Notes: generated by a model from the letters alone, not told the origin. A stretch of 64,000 nt of DNA from Octopus vulgaris (GCA_951406725.2 OX597828.1:39804001-39868000); one strand, 5' to 3'. Counted from the stretch's first letter, positions 24,835 to 36,749 are shown. Program-made: numbers and translations.

Positions 24835-27800
24835 AAGTGGAGTTGTAAGGTACCGCACAAGTGGAATTATATATGAAAGAAGGTTTGAAAATGCAATTTT
24901 AGAAGATGTTTATTTACTTTACCGGTTTCTCTTTTTAGAAAATGATTGTCAAATGATTGCAGTAAATCCCTAAATCATCCATAACTTTTGTATTATCTTC
25001 TCAAATTACACCAAAATCTCAGACAATAACAATTAATATCGTATTTATTGTCTGTGAAAATTATAGAATACAAAACAACTTTGATAAAAAATTATACCTA
25101 CTTTTCTGACGAAAACAATGCTGTTCTGAACATTTTGGCCGCAACTGTATATATATATACACACACACATATGTGTATGTATATATATTTATTATTAAAC
25201 ATTTAAAACATTTAAAATATTTAAACCATTTTGTAGTCTCGTTTTATTTAACATATACAGGCTCACACAAGACCCACATTAGACTCCTCATTAATATTAT
25301 TATGGAACCGGGAGTCTAACTGTGGCCCTCCTGTAGCATATATATAGCCTTACTTGCTTTAATTATGTTAATAATGAGAAATATTTCATTGATGGAGATT
25401 TTTATATTTTTATTAACGAATTGCTACATATGTTTTCACAAGACATGTCTTCTTATGAGACTACCTTACCACATCCTTAGGATATTATTAAATATTATTT
25501 ATGATATCCATGGACCTTCGGCAAGTCCCTTAATTTCACATAGATACTTCTTCAGGAAAATTTTGCCTTAATTTTATAAAGCATAAAGTTAAAGTCTGGT
25601 CATAGAGTGACCGATAGTTTTGTATCCACAAAAGCAACAGCCTTGTAGACGGCTCATCAGACTCTATACAAAGAGTAATTTAACTTTTCACCTCACTGAG
25701 TCAGAAAAATGCTACAACAAAATGTTTTAAACAACTAACAGTGAAAAAATGATATTGAGTATGGCTTAGTATCTATTTTGTGAAGGTCTCTTATTAGCTT
25801 AAACAGCAAACTGGAAGACCCAATTTACCAGTCAGTAGTGCTTGAAATGAACACATTTTCAGAAAACTTCTTTACAATTAGAAAATTATTATTTTTAAAA
25901 TCTCACAACATGAGATATTCAGCAACAGTACTTTGTAGTAAAGATTGTTTGCCAACATAACATGGCAGTCCTGGTTTAGGACTAATGTTGCTGTAAATTA
26001 GCCCCAAAAATCGCGATACACAGATATTGTTTTGAGCTGAGTGGGGATGCTAGATTCTCTTGTTCGAAAACATAAGGACACAGATCGTGTCATATAGCCA
26101 GCTGGAGATGATGTCTCCTGGGGCTAAATTACAGCAACATTAGTCCTAAACCAGCACTGCCATGTTATGTTGGCAATTAATCTATATTTCTTTACAATTA
26201 TTTAACACACCAAACTTAGCATACTTTTTAAGAATTTTGGTTCGCTCTACTTTGCAGATCTTACAGCATCTGTTCCCATTAATATATGGGCCTGGATGTT
26301 TTATGATCTTCCACCTGATATCATATGGGATCCCTTGATCACTGAGGTGCCACACATAGCTAGCCAGGGACTCCAAGGGTTGAGTGGTGGTTGCAGAAGC
26401 TTCACTTGAAAGCTGAGCTGGACAGTCCGATATATTTACATGTTTGGGTGCTGGCCATATATGCATTCCTTGTGTATCTTTGGTAGCCTTAAGGCCTGAG
26501 GATGTTGTTGGTGTCGCCTGTGGTCATGCGCAAACATAAACAATATTCACACATAAACACACATAATGCATGAGCACACACTTTATGCACAAACACACAT
26601 TCATGCCTTTAACACACACACACACACACACACACACCTAAAAGCAACACATGCACACATGCATGCTACTCACATAAAGCGTATACTCACACATACCTTT
26701 GCACATACATACACACATCTGATAACCTCATGCACCCATACATTAGAAGCAAGTCTTAAATTCCTCGGTTATAGCTTGGAGGACCATGATAAACAAGAGG
26801 GGGCTAAGAACTGATCCCTGATGGACTCCTGTTTTACACTAAACTACTTGCCATACTCATTGCCGACTCTCACCTTACTGACAGAATCCCTGTACATGGT
26901 TTGTACAGCTCTCACTAATCACTCATCTATCCCTAGTGTCCTCATTGCCCACCAGACAAGGGAATGGGGAACCCAGTCAAAAGCCTTTTCCATATCAACA
27001 AAAGCCAGAATCAGAGGTTCGTTTTTGGCCATGTATTTCTCCTGCAGTTGCCTCATCAGGAAGATATCATCAGTGTTGATTCTTCAAAGTATAAATCCAA
27101 AGTGCATCTCATCTATGCTAATTCTTTTCCTAATTAATTGAGCTACGTCCCTTTCTGCAACTTTCATCACCTGGGCCAGAAATTTGATGCCTCTGTAATT
27201 ATTTCTGCCTAGGGCATCACTCTTGTCTTTGTAGCAGTTGACTATAATATTGCTTCTCTGATCATTGGGCATGACTCCCACTTGGACAACCTGATTAACT
27301 ATACTGGTGACCAAGTCATATCTCACTCTGCCAGATATTTTAAGCATCTCAGCAGTGATTCCTGATGGGCTGAAGGCTTTCCTGTCTCCATATCCTTAAT
27401 TGCTTTATCTACTAAGCTACTGTCATCCAGATGGCTGGTCTCTCTGTTCGGTTCACATTAACTCTTTCGTTACCTATCCGGCTGAAACCGGCTCTGGCTC
27501 TGAGTATAAATGTGCTGTTTTCATAAGTTTTGAATTAAAATCTCCCATCAAACCTTAATCACAATTTATGTTCCTTACACTAGCTTAATGATAACTATGT
27601 TATTTTACTGAAGTCTTTGTTATATTTAAAGTAATTGAAAGAAACACAGAGCATCTCAAAATAAATACAGTAACGAAAGGGTTAAGCAGGCTCTCCTTCT
27701 CCCATGCATTTTCTACATTTAGCAACCTTTCATAGTGGCACTTCCAAGCCTCCTTCTTTGCAAAATCACTGACTGCAAGTGAGCCATCATCTATGAAAAC

Positions 27801-30104
27801 ACATTGCTCTGCTACCACAGCACGATCTTCTCTGACAATGTTTTGCAATCCAAAATACTTCAAGCTTCTGGTCTTCACATCGCAGGCCTTTCTCCTTTCT
27901 GCTTCTCCCCTGGCCAAGCATACCTGTCTTCTAACCTCCCTCATAGCTACCTGGTATAGTTCTTTGCTACAATACAAAATACACATAGATGAATAACGAT
28001 ATATTATGCACCTTACAAGGTAAATTCTTGTTCCAAAATTGTATGTGTTTTATATTACTTTTTAGCGTATCGCAAAACTGTCATGATTTACAAATCATTT
28101 GGTATTTTCTAATAACGGTACTCTAATCTTCAGATTTGCACCTGAAGCAAAAGACAAATTGAATCCTTATACCTTCTTACCATTCGGCATTGGACCAAGA
28201 ATGTGTATAGGCACAAAAATGGCAAGATTGGAATTTAAGCTTGCTATCGCTACCATAATCAGAAAATATAAATTTGTGAAATCTCCGAAAACTGAGGTAA
28301 GATAATGTGAATATGAAATCTTAATATATAAAACAGAGTTTGTGTGTGTGTGTGTGCATGGACATATGTTCCTTATGGATTTGAAAACCTAGTTGCCGAT
28401 TTTGGTGTATTAGGTATCAAATGATTCAGTAATCTTTCATCGACGAAATAAAGTAAGATTTTTGCAACTCTGCCTCCCTTATCTTTATGTCTTACATCAA
28501 GCATAATGAGAAAATGTTTAAAATATTTTACTAGGGAATGAAACTTTGAAGTTATACCGTCAACTTCATTAGTATTACTTAGTAGATAATCTAATGTGAA
28601 GTATTTTTGTGTTTTGTTTAGCCCAGCGTTACCTCTGATATAGCAGACCCATCGAATATCTTTTTTTTCCTTCCTGAAATACTGTAGATCTGTGTCTTTC
28701 TTTTGATGAAAGGTTGTGTTTCAAGAGAGATTTGGTTGCTTTCTGTAGTAGCTCAGGTTACTACAGACACACCTGTGTGTGTGTGTGTGTGTTTTGTTGT
28801 AGTGAAAAAAATACTTTTTCTCAGAATATTTTGCACAATAATTTTGTAAGAAATCTGGACATCTTTCTTACTGCTAACCATTCAGCTTCAAAAAACAATT
28901 GTTAATTGCTGGAAGTCAAGTAGACTGAGATGTACATATACTGTTATCGTATAGATTGGAAGTTCAATATGAAATTTGAACTCGTTATCTTGTGGTTAGT
29001 AATCCATTACCTTAAATTTGAAACCATTAAGTCTTTAAACATTATTATACTGGGTTTAGTCTTTTGACTATCGCCATGATAGGGTATCACCTTCAAAAAT
29101 GTAATTGACCATACTGACCTCATTACGTATTTCAATCTGTTATTTATTTGATAGATCTCTGCTTGATGAACTGCTAACTTTGAGACATAATGGGGCACAA
29201 TACTCGATTTTACAACAAATGTAAACACACACACATATTGAGTGCAATAATGGCTGTGGTTAAAAAGTTTGCTTCCCAGCCCCATGGTTCTATGTTCAAT
29301 CCCTCTGTATGGTACCTTGAGCAAGTGTTTTCTACTATAACCCTAGGCCAACCTCAGACTTGTGACTGAATTTCGTAGATTGAAACTGCAGCATTGTTCA
29401 TCAGAAAATGACTGAAAAACATGTTTATAAAGAAGAGTTGTTTGCTTCATACTCCACATAAGCTGGTTCTGTCCATAAGAAAGGAACAAATAATACAATG
29501 TGGCTGTAGGTAATAACCCCCCCGGGCAACACCAGGGTACATTGCTTGTATAATGTAATTTCAAACAATGATTTATTGTTACGAAATGTCAGTTACGAAA
29601 GGTGAGTGTAGACAATACAACTGGGAATTGAAACTGGATTGCATGTTGGCTGGCTGAATGCATAATTTATTACTGTACCCTCAGCCCCACTAGTATAGTT
29701 AGAAATTAATTTGTAACTCACCTGGGGACATGGGAAATCGACATTTGAAGTATTAATGCATCTTCCAAAGTGAAGTGAATCTTAAGTGTATTGTGATGAC
29801 TTTGACCATTTGAAATCTAAATTTTGATTGAACAAGGTAAGAATTCTTCTCTTATAAATGAGTTTTTGTAACTGTTATAAATATTAGAAGATTTCATATT
29901 TTGACTGAACCTGAAATTTTAAAGAAATATCATTAGTTGTATGATATTGATTGTCACACTTTATCGTTGATCAACAATTGAAATATCTTAATGCTCACTG
30001 ACTTTATTTCCTGGTAATTCTCTTTCTAGGTTCCTCTTAAGACAGGAGGGCAAATATTTCTTTATCCAGTGAATGGAATATGGTTGAAGGCTGAAAAGCG
30101 ATAA
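3786..30104 (+). CDS. Cytochrome P450, clan 3 (CYP3A-like); 13 coding exons, ~488 aa in window; N-terminal anchor exon not in window
   Basis: Exons 3786-3882, 5727-5779, 6953-7049, 8651-8767, 9637-9725, 10604-10752, 11676-11800, 12272-12389, 17936-18093, 19273-19361, 21263-21400, 28134-28296 and 30030-30104 join in one frame without stops. Motifs: IPGPEP hinge, WKFTR (C-helix), ELLR (ExxR), [14 protein letters not shown] (heme Cys). Confidence 0.93.
4690..5485 (-). mobile_element. Cluster of degenerate SINE fragments (family of 47210-47436)
   Basis: Repeated 'ggtacttattttatcgaccc..aaaggatgaaaggcaaa' and 'tttcaaattttggc' segments. Confidence 0.65.
5727..5779 (+). CDS. CYP exon 3 ([18 protein letters not shown])
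   Basis: 53-bp exon, ttttag/gtatga, KYG motif. Confidence 0.9.
6953..7049 (+). CDS. CYP exon 4 ([32 protein letters not shown])
   Basis: tacag/gtaagt; clan-3 pattern [14 protein letters not shown]. Confidence 0.92.
8651..8767 (+). CDS. CYP exon 5 ([17 protein letters not shown])
   Basis: tatag/gtaaga; WxxxR and PTFS motifs. Confidence 0.92.
9637..9725 (+). CDS. CYP exon 6 ([30 protein letters not shown])
   Basis: tttcag/gtgagt; 89 bp; phases match neighbouring exons. Confidence 0.85.
9870..10220 (-). mobile_element. SINE with RTE-like (ATG)n tail
   Basis: catcatcat..tccatgctggcatgggttggac motif shared by more than 10 copies in the window. Confidence 0.7.
10604..10752 (+). CDS. CYP exon 7 ([22 protein letters not shown])
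   Basis: tttcag/gtaaat; clan-3 E-helix D.IASTAFG. Confidence 0.92.
11676..11800 (+). CDS. CYP exon 8 ([10 protein letters not shown]...[11 protein letters not shown])
   Basis: ctcag/gtaata; open frame and phases fit. Confidence 0.85.
12272..12389 (+). CDS. CYP exon 9 ([13 protein letters not shown]...), GC donor
   Basis: DFLQLL motif; AG|GCAAGT donor needed to keep frame with exon 10. Confidence 0.85.
12500..12830 (+). mobile_element. Degenerate RTE-type LINE fragment
   Basis: Translates to a decayed [13 protein letters not shown]....IVARVRIG..K segment typical of the post-RT region. Confidence 0.55.
13355..13565 (+). mobile_element. SINE with (ATG)n tail
   Basis: Same family as 40410-40657 and 48040-48449. 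Confidence 0.7.
14601..14686. repeat. 29-bp minisatellite, 3 copies (tggaaaagttcaggacaagttattacact)
   Basis: Direct head-to-tail copies; third slightly diverged. Confidence 0.9.
15013..15585. mobile_element. Rearranged copy of the GGATC-TIR element: ~310-bp foldback (15013-15322) plus right TIR
   Basis: Arms are reverse complements; contain TAACCC/TTAGGG-like runs; ends in ggaaaagatcc. Confidence 0.8.
15822..16620. repeat. ~270-bp direct duplication (15822-16095 / 16363-16620)
   Basis: Both copies run from ttaaaacttcattgcat to aataaataagttattt. Confidence 0.8.
16177..16317. mobile_element. Tc1/mariner-type MITE
   Basis: TIRs aggttgtcccaaaagttcgta / tacgaacttttgggacaacct. Confidence 0.75.
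17936..18093 (+). CDS. CYP exon 10, I-helix ([27 protein letters not shown]...)
   Basis: tgcag/gtaagt; aligns without gaps to the CYP3A I/J helices. Confidence 0.92.
18724..19008 (+). mobile_element. tRNA-derived SINE (ggaggcgcaatggcccagtggttaggg family)
   Basis: A/B-box-like tRNA head; related copies at 37820, 41480 and 57569. Confidence 0.8.
19273..19361 (+). CDS. CYP exon 11, K-helix ([15 protein letters not shown])
   Basis: ttgcag/gtagtg; ExxR motif. Confidence 0.92.
19655..20020. repeat. Diverged tandem duplication, ~256-bp period
   Basis: aatggcatatctcc..ttctgtaactccctattt at 19661 and 19917. Confidence 0.7.
20060..20555 (+). mobile_element. RTE-clade LINE 3' end
   Basis: [29 protein letters not shown], a terminal C2H2-like knuckle and an RTE-type 3' tail. 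Confidence 0.75.
21263..21400 (+). CDS. CYP exon 12 (IPKD...[16 protein letters not shown])
   Basis: tacag/gtaggt; meander region. Confidence 0.93.
22524..23149 (+). mobile_element. Internally deleted mariner element
   Basis: TA-flanked TIRs ttgggttgtctagaaagtttgtgccgattt / aaatcggcatgaactttctggaaaacccaa; HDNARP and [15 protein letters not shown] motifs. Confidence 0.9.
23881..23928 (-). ncRNA. Minimal type I hammerhead ribozyme motif (Penelope-like)
   Basis: GTCT-CTGATGA-aGGGATAT cacta ATATCCCa-GAAA-C-AGTT-G-TA-AGAC on the minus strand. Confidence 0.65.
26182..26400 (-). mobile_element. Penelope-like GIY-YIG endonuclease C-terminal fragment
   Basis: LASYVWHL....[10 protein letters not shown]....PY.NG...CKIC..E pattern; a similar, more decayed piece lies on + at ~22020-22300. 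Confidence 0.65.
26770..27965 (-). mobile_element. RTE-type LINE RT fragment (pseudogenised)
   Basis: YKDKSDAL...[26 protein letters not shown] motifs with stops and frameshifts. Confidence 0.8.
27462..27681. mobile_element. piggyBac-type MITE nested in the RTE LINE
   Basis: TTAA TSDs at 27458 and 27682; TIRs ctctttcgttac / gtaacgaaaggg; removal restores the LINE frame (ESLLNVN). Confidence 0.8.
28134..28296 (+). CDS. CYP exon 13, heme-binding loop ([13 protein letters not shown])
   Basis: ttcag/gtaaga; FxxGxRxCxG motif. Confidence 0.95.
30030..30104 (+). CDS. CYP terminal exon ([24 protein letters not shown])
   Basis: ttctag acceptor, stop TAA, typical clan-3 C-terminus. Confidence 0.88.
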   Translation, partial: VPLKTGGQIFLYPVNGIWLKAEKR

Positions 30105-30214
30105 TCTGAAATTTGCCAAAGAAATGCTGTGCTATAATGTTCTTCACATTTCAAACAGTAAAATTAGTTCCTGTAGACAACACCAGAATAATTCTTTAAC
30201 AATATCAATTCTTT

Positions 30215-30246
<32 letters not shown>

Positions 30247-33084
30247 CGTTGTATTTAGTAATGGTCATGTTGCCAGTTTAGCCAATAAAAACACATGCAC
30301 TATATATTTGGTGTTAATTTGCTTCAGCTTTATTTATTTTTTACATTAATCTTAATCTTATTTCGGCGAGAGTTATTTCGGCCAGAGTTGCATAACGAAT
30401 ATATAAACATATATATATATATATATATATAATTTTATTCTTTATTCATTTATTTGTTTGTCATTTGACTGCGGCCATGCTGGAGCACGACCTTTAGTCA
30501 AAGAGATTGACTCCAGGATTTATTCTTTGTAAGCCCAGTACTTAATCGATCAGGCTCTTCTGCTGAACCACAAAGTTACAGGGACATAAACACATCAACA
30601 TCAGTTGTCAAGTGATGTTGGGGGTGACAAACACAGACACACAAACAAATACATATATAATAATAGCTGATGTACTCGGTAATTCCCGGGAGAGCGGGGC
30701 TTATCCCTTGGTTCTGTTCTCATAAAACTGTTTTGCTAATCCAGTAACAACTATTCAAAGTATGTTGCCCTTAAAATGGTTTTTGTGCATTTATTGAGAA
30801 TACCGAACTGTCTTACAGAAGATCTTGTTTTTAGGAATTCCCAATAAGTTATGAATACCCAAATTGTGAAGTCAGTTATGTAATAACATGAAATTAATTA
30901 CCTGATAGTAAGAATTCAAATAAAGTAGCCCCGAAAAGGGCCTTAATGCGTTCCCAGAGTATATAGAACTTCGGAGGAAATACTAATAAGGTATGTATAC
31001 TAAAATCATGAAGCATATTATATAATAACAGGCTAATCTGATATGAGATAATAACAATTCAAAGTAAATAACTCTGAAAAAAGCTTTTGTGTTCCCAGAG
31101 AATATTACCTTCAGTGGTGCTAGCATGAATAAGTCACTAACCAAAATAAGTCGATCTATTGTTTAGGAAATACTATTTACTTGTTTAAGAATTGTAGTGA
31201 ATAAATTGTGAAAATAACTCAACTAGTTCAAATACTATGAAATAAGCATACTCAATTTGATTTATATGAAATAATTTATGAACATGAATGGGTCATTTCC
31301 CATGGCTATATATAAGAATCCCTTTCAGGAGCAAATGGTTTATTTTCCCATGGATGTTTAAAAATAATATGTTAGTTATATGTAGCAGATATGAGAATCC
31401 CTTCCAGGTCCCTATTATCAATTATTTTCAACAATCAAAGTATGTCACTAGTTTTCCAGACATGAGTTCTACTCACATGTCAAGTTCCATCAAAATCGAT
31501 AAAACAATGTTAGAGGAGTTAGAGAACAACACCACAAACAAACATACCCACAGATTTTCACATATGTAGTAGATATAGCTAGATAGATAGATGTGTGTGT
31601 GTGTGTGTGTGTGTATATGACCAGGGCTCTATATGCAAAGTTGGATTTCACATAAACAAATTTTGTCCCTAACTCTGAATATGCATTGCTGAAATCGGGG
31701 TATGTCTTATACACCCCTGTGTTTTTTCATGTCAACAAATACTGTAATTAATGGAAAGGGAAATAACTCTGAGTAGCGTTGACCACAAACTAGATAAAAT
31801 CTCTGAGCGGTTTAAATGCACAAGTTTGTGATGTCCAAGTGGCTAAAAAGTGAGAGAGGAAAATGTAAAAGGAATAGAAGAGTAGAAGTACATGAACAAT
31901 GACTTGCCTAGTATTATATTTTATTGAAACCTGAATGATAAGACAAGATGACCTTGGCAGTATTTGAACTCAGATTATAAATAATCAGAACAACGACATT
32001 TATTGCTAATTAGCAAATGAGATAAATCCTACATGTTCAAAGTATTAGGAAAACCAACCAAATATTATTGAAATAACTTTCCCCACACATAAAAATCACA
32101 ATGAATAAAAAGAACAAACTAGATATCATAGTCTGAAATATAATATGTTTAACCATACAAAATGACAGTATTTAAAATCTAACTGGCCCACAAGTCAGCT
32201 CTTTCAGAGCTAACTAAGACAAACATATAATTTAACAAAGCTTCATCTTTGAACATGTTGAATTTAGAAAGAATTGCATGTTAAAGCTGGCGGGAAATAT
32301 CTCAAAAGGACGTTTTCAGAATTTCAACAAAAAAACCTCTACAAATTATCTGGTTTCTTAGACATAGTCATGCTGTGTAGGTTTTCAATTTCCAGGTAAT
32401 TTAAGATGTTGAATATTTGCTAATATATGAGTGTTTGAGAATGGTACACCTGTTTGTCTGCTTTACTTGTCCCAAAATTGTGGATTATGTCTTCAACATA
32501 TACAGAATTGTTAAAATGTCAGGCAAATTGCTTTGTGGTATTTCATCCACCTTAATGTTTTGAGTTCAAATTTCATCAAGGTCAACCTTTGCCTTTCATC
32601 TTTCCAGGGTTGATAAAATAAGTACCAGTTGAGCACTGGGGTGGATGAATCCAACTTAATTATTCATGGGAATGAGTATAAAAGCTACCCGCTCTACCAA
32701 GCCATGTTGAACCAATGTGGCAGAGTAAACTATCAAACCAGCATGATCTCAAGCTCCAATTCATGGCCTACACATCAGACTGTGGTTGGTGGAGAGAAGA
32801 TGCCGAGGCCTTCATCCTGCAATGGACTGAACATGGGGAGTCTAATCTAAAATGTATCTGTATGGTTGTGTGTGTGTGTGTGTGTGTGTGAGTGAATGTA
32901 TGTAACTATAGTTTCTATAGTCTAGTTTTAAAATGCCAATGACTACCAATACAAACATACAATGTGAAAATATATAAGCTATTCAACTTATGACAACCTA
33001 TTTTTCAGACAAAATCCATGGATAAATAAATAAATAAAAAAAGAAGGTGAGTTTTAATGTACATCTCTGTACATAAACGCAAAT

Positions 33085-34060
33085 AGAGGAAACTGATGTG
33101 ATATCAGCCATTGAAGAGCTGAGCTCAAACTCAGCAACGGGCCCTGATGGATTCCCTGCAATCCTCCTAAAGAAATGTAAAAGAGCTCTAGCTAGACCGC
33201 TTCAAATCCTTTTCCAGGAGTCCCTCAGGATGGGGAAACTCCCCCAAAAACTAAAAGAGGAATATGCCCTATCCATAAGGGAGGAAGCAGAGGCAGAGGC
33301 TAGTAATTATAGACCTGTCTCCCTGACCTCCCACGTCAGTAAAGTCATGGAGCACATTGTCAGGAAGGGACTGATTGAGTTCCTTGAGGACAATGACCTG
33401 CTCTCTGACACCCAACATGGTTTCGCTTGGGAAGGAGCTGTCTTACACAACTTCTGCGACACTATGACTGGGTACTGAAGCAATTAATGAACTGCTCAAA
33501 AGTGGATGTGGTATACCTCGACTTTGCAAAGGCATTTGACAAGGTCGACCATGGAATGATATGCCACAAAATACGGGGACTCAGCATCACAAGTAAAGTC
33601 AGAGAGTGGCTGCATGATTTCCTAAAGGACAGGAGCCAAGCTGTAGCAGCCAACAGAGCTCTCTCCACAGAGACACCAATAGTGAGTGGAGTGCCCCAGG
33701 GCACTGTGCTGGGGCCACTGCTTTTTGTGGTAGCCCTATCAGATATGCCATCAGTGACAAAGGCAGTCATGCTTACCAGCTATGCTGACGACGCAAAAGT
33801 CTCACAGTCAGTCAAGGAAACCTCTGATGCTACGCTCTGGCAGAAAGATCTAGATACCATCTGTACATGGGCTGAGGATAACAACATGCAATTTAATGCA
33901 AGTAAATTCCAAGCTACCAGTTAAGCACTACTCAGGAATCACAACATCAGTACGTTGGACCAAATGGAGCAACAATCCCAGAATCAAATATGGTGTGTGA
34001 TCTTGGAATAGAAATGAGCAACAATGCCTCATTTCACACACATTTCAACAAAATGGTAGC
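33085..34060 (+). mobile_element. CR1/L2-group LINE reverse transcriptase fragment (frameshifted)
   Basis: GPDG, NYRPVSLTS, QHGF, LDFAKAFDKVDH, GVPQGTVLGPLLF and YADD motifs. Confidence 0.9.
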
Positions 34061-34357
34061 AGAAATGATTACAGAAATGCATATTTATACACAGTTGAAA
34101 AAAACGTGAAGAGAAACATTTTCTAAATTAGTTTTATTCTATAAATATAACATTTTATATTATGTACATGTGAAAGAAAAGATAATTTTTGTCATGTAGA
34201 AGTACGACTATATATTTCACTAGCTAATTCGTAAATCTAACTAATAAATAAATCAACAATTCAAAATAGACTTCTTGTGATTATCTTTGGACATAGCATG
34301 TCTCAAAGGAGTGAGTGTCGTGGAGTTCAGTTACATCCAACAAAATACAAAAGTTTT

Positions 34358-35174
34358 GGATCTTTTCCTTTTGAACGGCACATGTCAACACAATTTCTAG
34401 TTAACTAAACACTTTAAAACTTCGTATACTGGTAGAATGTGTCATAATAAAACATTTTTTTCTCTTGGCTTTCTTGAGAAAATTATAATTTGTTTGTTTA
34501 ACGTAGTTTAATTTTTTGAATTCTAACCAATGAATCACCTCTAAATTGAGCAAAAATCATTTGCTGCGTCTAAAACTGAGACAACATCCTGTCACTAACC
34601 CTAAACCTCACCCTAACCCTAATTTTTTTTTCTTAATTGTTAAATTAATACAACACCGCTACGGAAAATGGGATTTTTTTCTAGCGGTGTCAAATGAAAA
34701 TATCACCCATAATTATAACCCTAGTATCGATCTATTGCATTTCAATCTATTTTAGATTTAGGGTTAGGGTTAAGGGTGGGGGAAGGGTATCTTTTTTTCT
34801 TCGCAAATGTAAATAAATCCAATCTGTTTCTTAAACGAGGGACATATTCATACAGCACGGAATGTTTTCACCCCAAATGAAGGTCAGCAATTGGTTAAAA
34901 TTGCCGAAATGCTTGAAATTAAAGTGGAAATATGTTACAACATATAGAATTTTCTCAATAAAGCCAAGAAAAATGATGTTTTATAAACACATTCTACCAG
35001 TATACGAAGTGTTAAAGTGTTTAGTTAACTAGAAATTGTGTTGACATGTGCTGTTCAAAAGGAAAAGATCCAAAAAATGTTTTATTTTGACACATTCTAC
35101 CAGTATACGAAATGTTAAAGTGTTTAGTTAACTAGAAATTGTGTTGACATGTGCCGTTCAAAAGAAAAAGCTCC
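34358..35174. mobile_element. Non-autonomous DNA transposon with long TIRs (Merlin/MULE-like), 8-bp TSD and a duplicated right end
   Basis: GGATC termini; ~130-bp TIRs; TSD aaagtttt at 34350 and 35175; internal telomere-like repeats. Confidence 0.8.
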
Positions 35175-35333
35175 AAAGTTTTTCCCAAAATCCAGGGTTT
35201 TTATAACTGCTCAACTTGACTTAAAAGAATCGAAATCAATTACAAATATTCTTTACGTAACTTTTTAGAATCCTTATATGAGCAGTTATATTAACCAATG
35301 GAAAAAACGGAAATAATAATTCTTCGGCAATAT

Positions 35334-35499
35334 AGGCGCAGTAGTGGCTGTGTGGTAAGTAGCTTGCTTACCAACCACATGGTTCCGGGTTCAGTCCCAC
35401 TGCGTGGCACCTTGGGCAAGTGTCTTCTACTATAGCCTCGGGCCGACCAAAGCCTTGTGAGTGGATTTGGTAGACGGAAACTGAAAGAAGCCCATCGTA

Positions 35500-35539
<40 letters not shown>

Positions 35540-35751
35540 CGTGTGTGTGTGTGTGTGTTTGTCCCCCTAGCATTGCTTGACAACCGATGCTGGTGTGTTT
35601 ATGTCCCCGTAACTTAGCGGTTCGGCAAAAGAGACTGATAGAATAAGTAATGGGCTTACAAAGAATAAGTCCCGGGGTCGAGTTACTCGATTAAAAGTGG
35701 TGCTCCAGCATGGCCGCAGTCAAATTACTGAAACAAGTAAAAGAGTAAAAG
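35334..35751 (+). mobile_element. tRNA-derived SINE (same family as 1186-1585)
   Basis: Near-identical to 1186-1585. Confidence 0.85.
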
Positions 35752-36093
35752 ACTAATATGACATTGCGTCATATTGCCAGCTACCACCAATTGGCGCCTT
35801 ATTTCAAAATGTCTAACATGGCTACTTGCTACATTCAGCCTTTCGCCAGAAAAATTGTTAAAATTTTGCGAAAAAGAAATTCGTAATACATATTTTTTTC
35901 AATACAACATTTGCATTAATAGTTATAACACATCAATATATACAATGCATTATAAATTACATGTTAAACATATGAAATTAGCCTTTCAATACGGCTTTAC
36001 AATTATAATGTTCGTATACAGTTCCTTTCAGTTCACGTGGAAAAAAAATTTTATGTATATAATCCAGAAATATAAAAAATATTTTGAAAATCC

Positions 36094-36304
36094 TCAAACA
36101 AACTGAGAAAGTATTTTTGGAAAATGTACAATTCTGCCACTTCTAGTCTTTTTCACTTCGGTAGGTGATTTCAAAATTGACTTTAGAGTGTTTCCATTAA
36201 CATTAGATTTGTTACTTTGAATATCACTTTGTTTCAAACTATGTCGATATGTATTGCTCACATCTTCATTTTCATGACAGGAATATAGGTCGAAATAAGC
36301 TTTT
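36094..36304 (-). mobile_element. Gypsy integrase C-terminal fragment
   Basis: KKAYFD...KTRSGRIVHFP motif. Confidence 0.65.
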
Positions 36305-36540
36305 TTGGCACTGTCATGCCTTTGGTTGTCAGAAGTGAAAATAGTCAACTTCGGGTATTTCCGTCAGGTTTATACCTTCGTTAATTTACGCCATTTATTT
36401 ACGTACCACCACACTGTTAGGTTTATAAAACAATTGAAGTTCAGTTTAAAGTTTATAAATAAATACATTTCATGTGTAATGTATACACATGTGTATATAT
36501 ATATGTATACACATGTATATATATATATATATGTATACAC

Positions 36541-36590
<50 letters not shown>

Positions 36591-36624
36591 TTTATTTTTT
36601 AAGCAGCAGAAAATTCAACAAAAT

Positions 36625-36662
36625 CTGTTACTCTGAGTTTCTCGTTGCCGTTCATCAGACAG
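36625..36662 (-). ncRNA. Minimal type I hammerhead ribozyme (left arm, mirror copy)
   Basis: Exact reverse complement of 36679-36716. Confidence 0.7.
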
Positions 36663-36678
36663 TTTTTTCTAGCAAAAA

Positions 36679-36716
36679 CTGTCTGATGAACGGCAACGAG
36701 AAACTCAGAGTAACAG
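36679..36716 (+). ncRNA. Minimal type I hammerhead ribozyme (right arm of palindrome)
   Basis: CTGT-CTGATGA-ACG gcaa CGA-GAAA-CTC a GAG-TA-ACAG. Confidence 0.7.
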
Positions 36717-36749
36717 ATTTTGTTGAATTTTCTGCTGCTTAAAATAAAG

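Noticed and set aside
25636-25668. CTGATGA plus a short stem on the minus strand as a hammerhead
   Set aside because: No GAAA core, stem III or closing stem I.
30284-30289. AATAAA as the CYP polyadenylation signal
   Set aside because: Lies in a (TA)n-flanked, repeat-like segment in very AT-rich DNA; cannot be assigned without 3'-end data.
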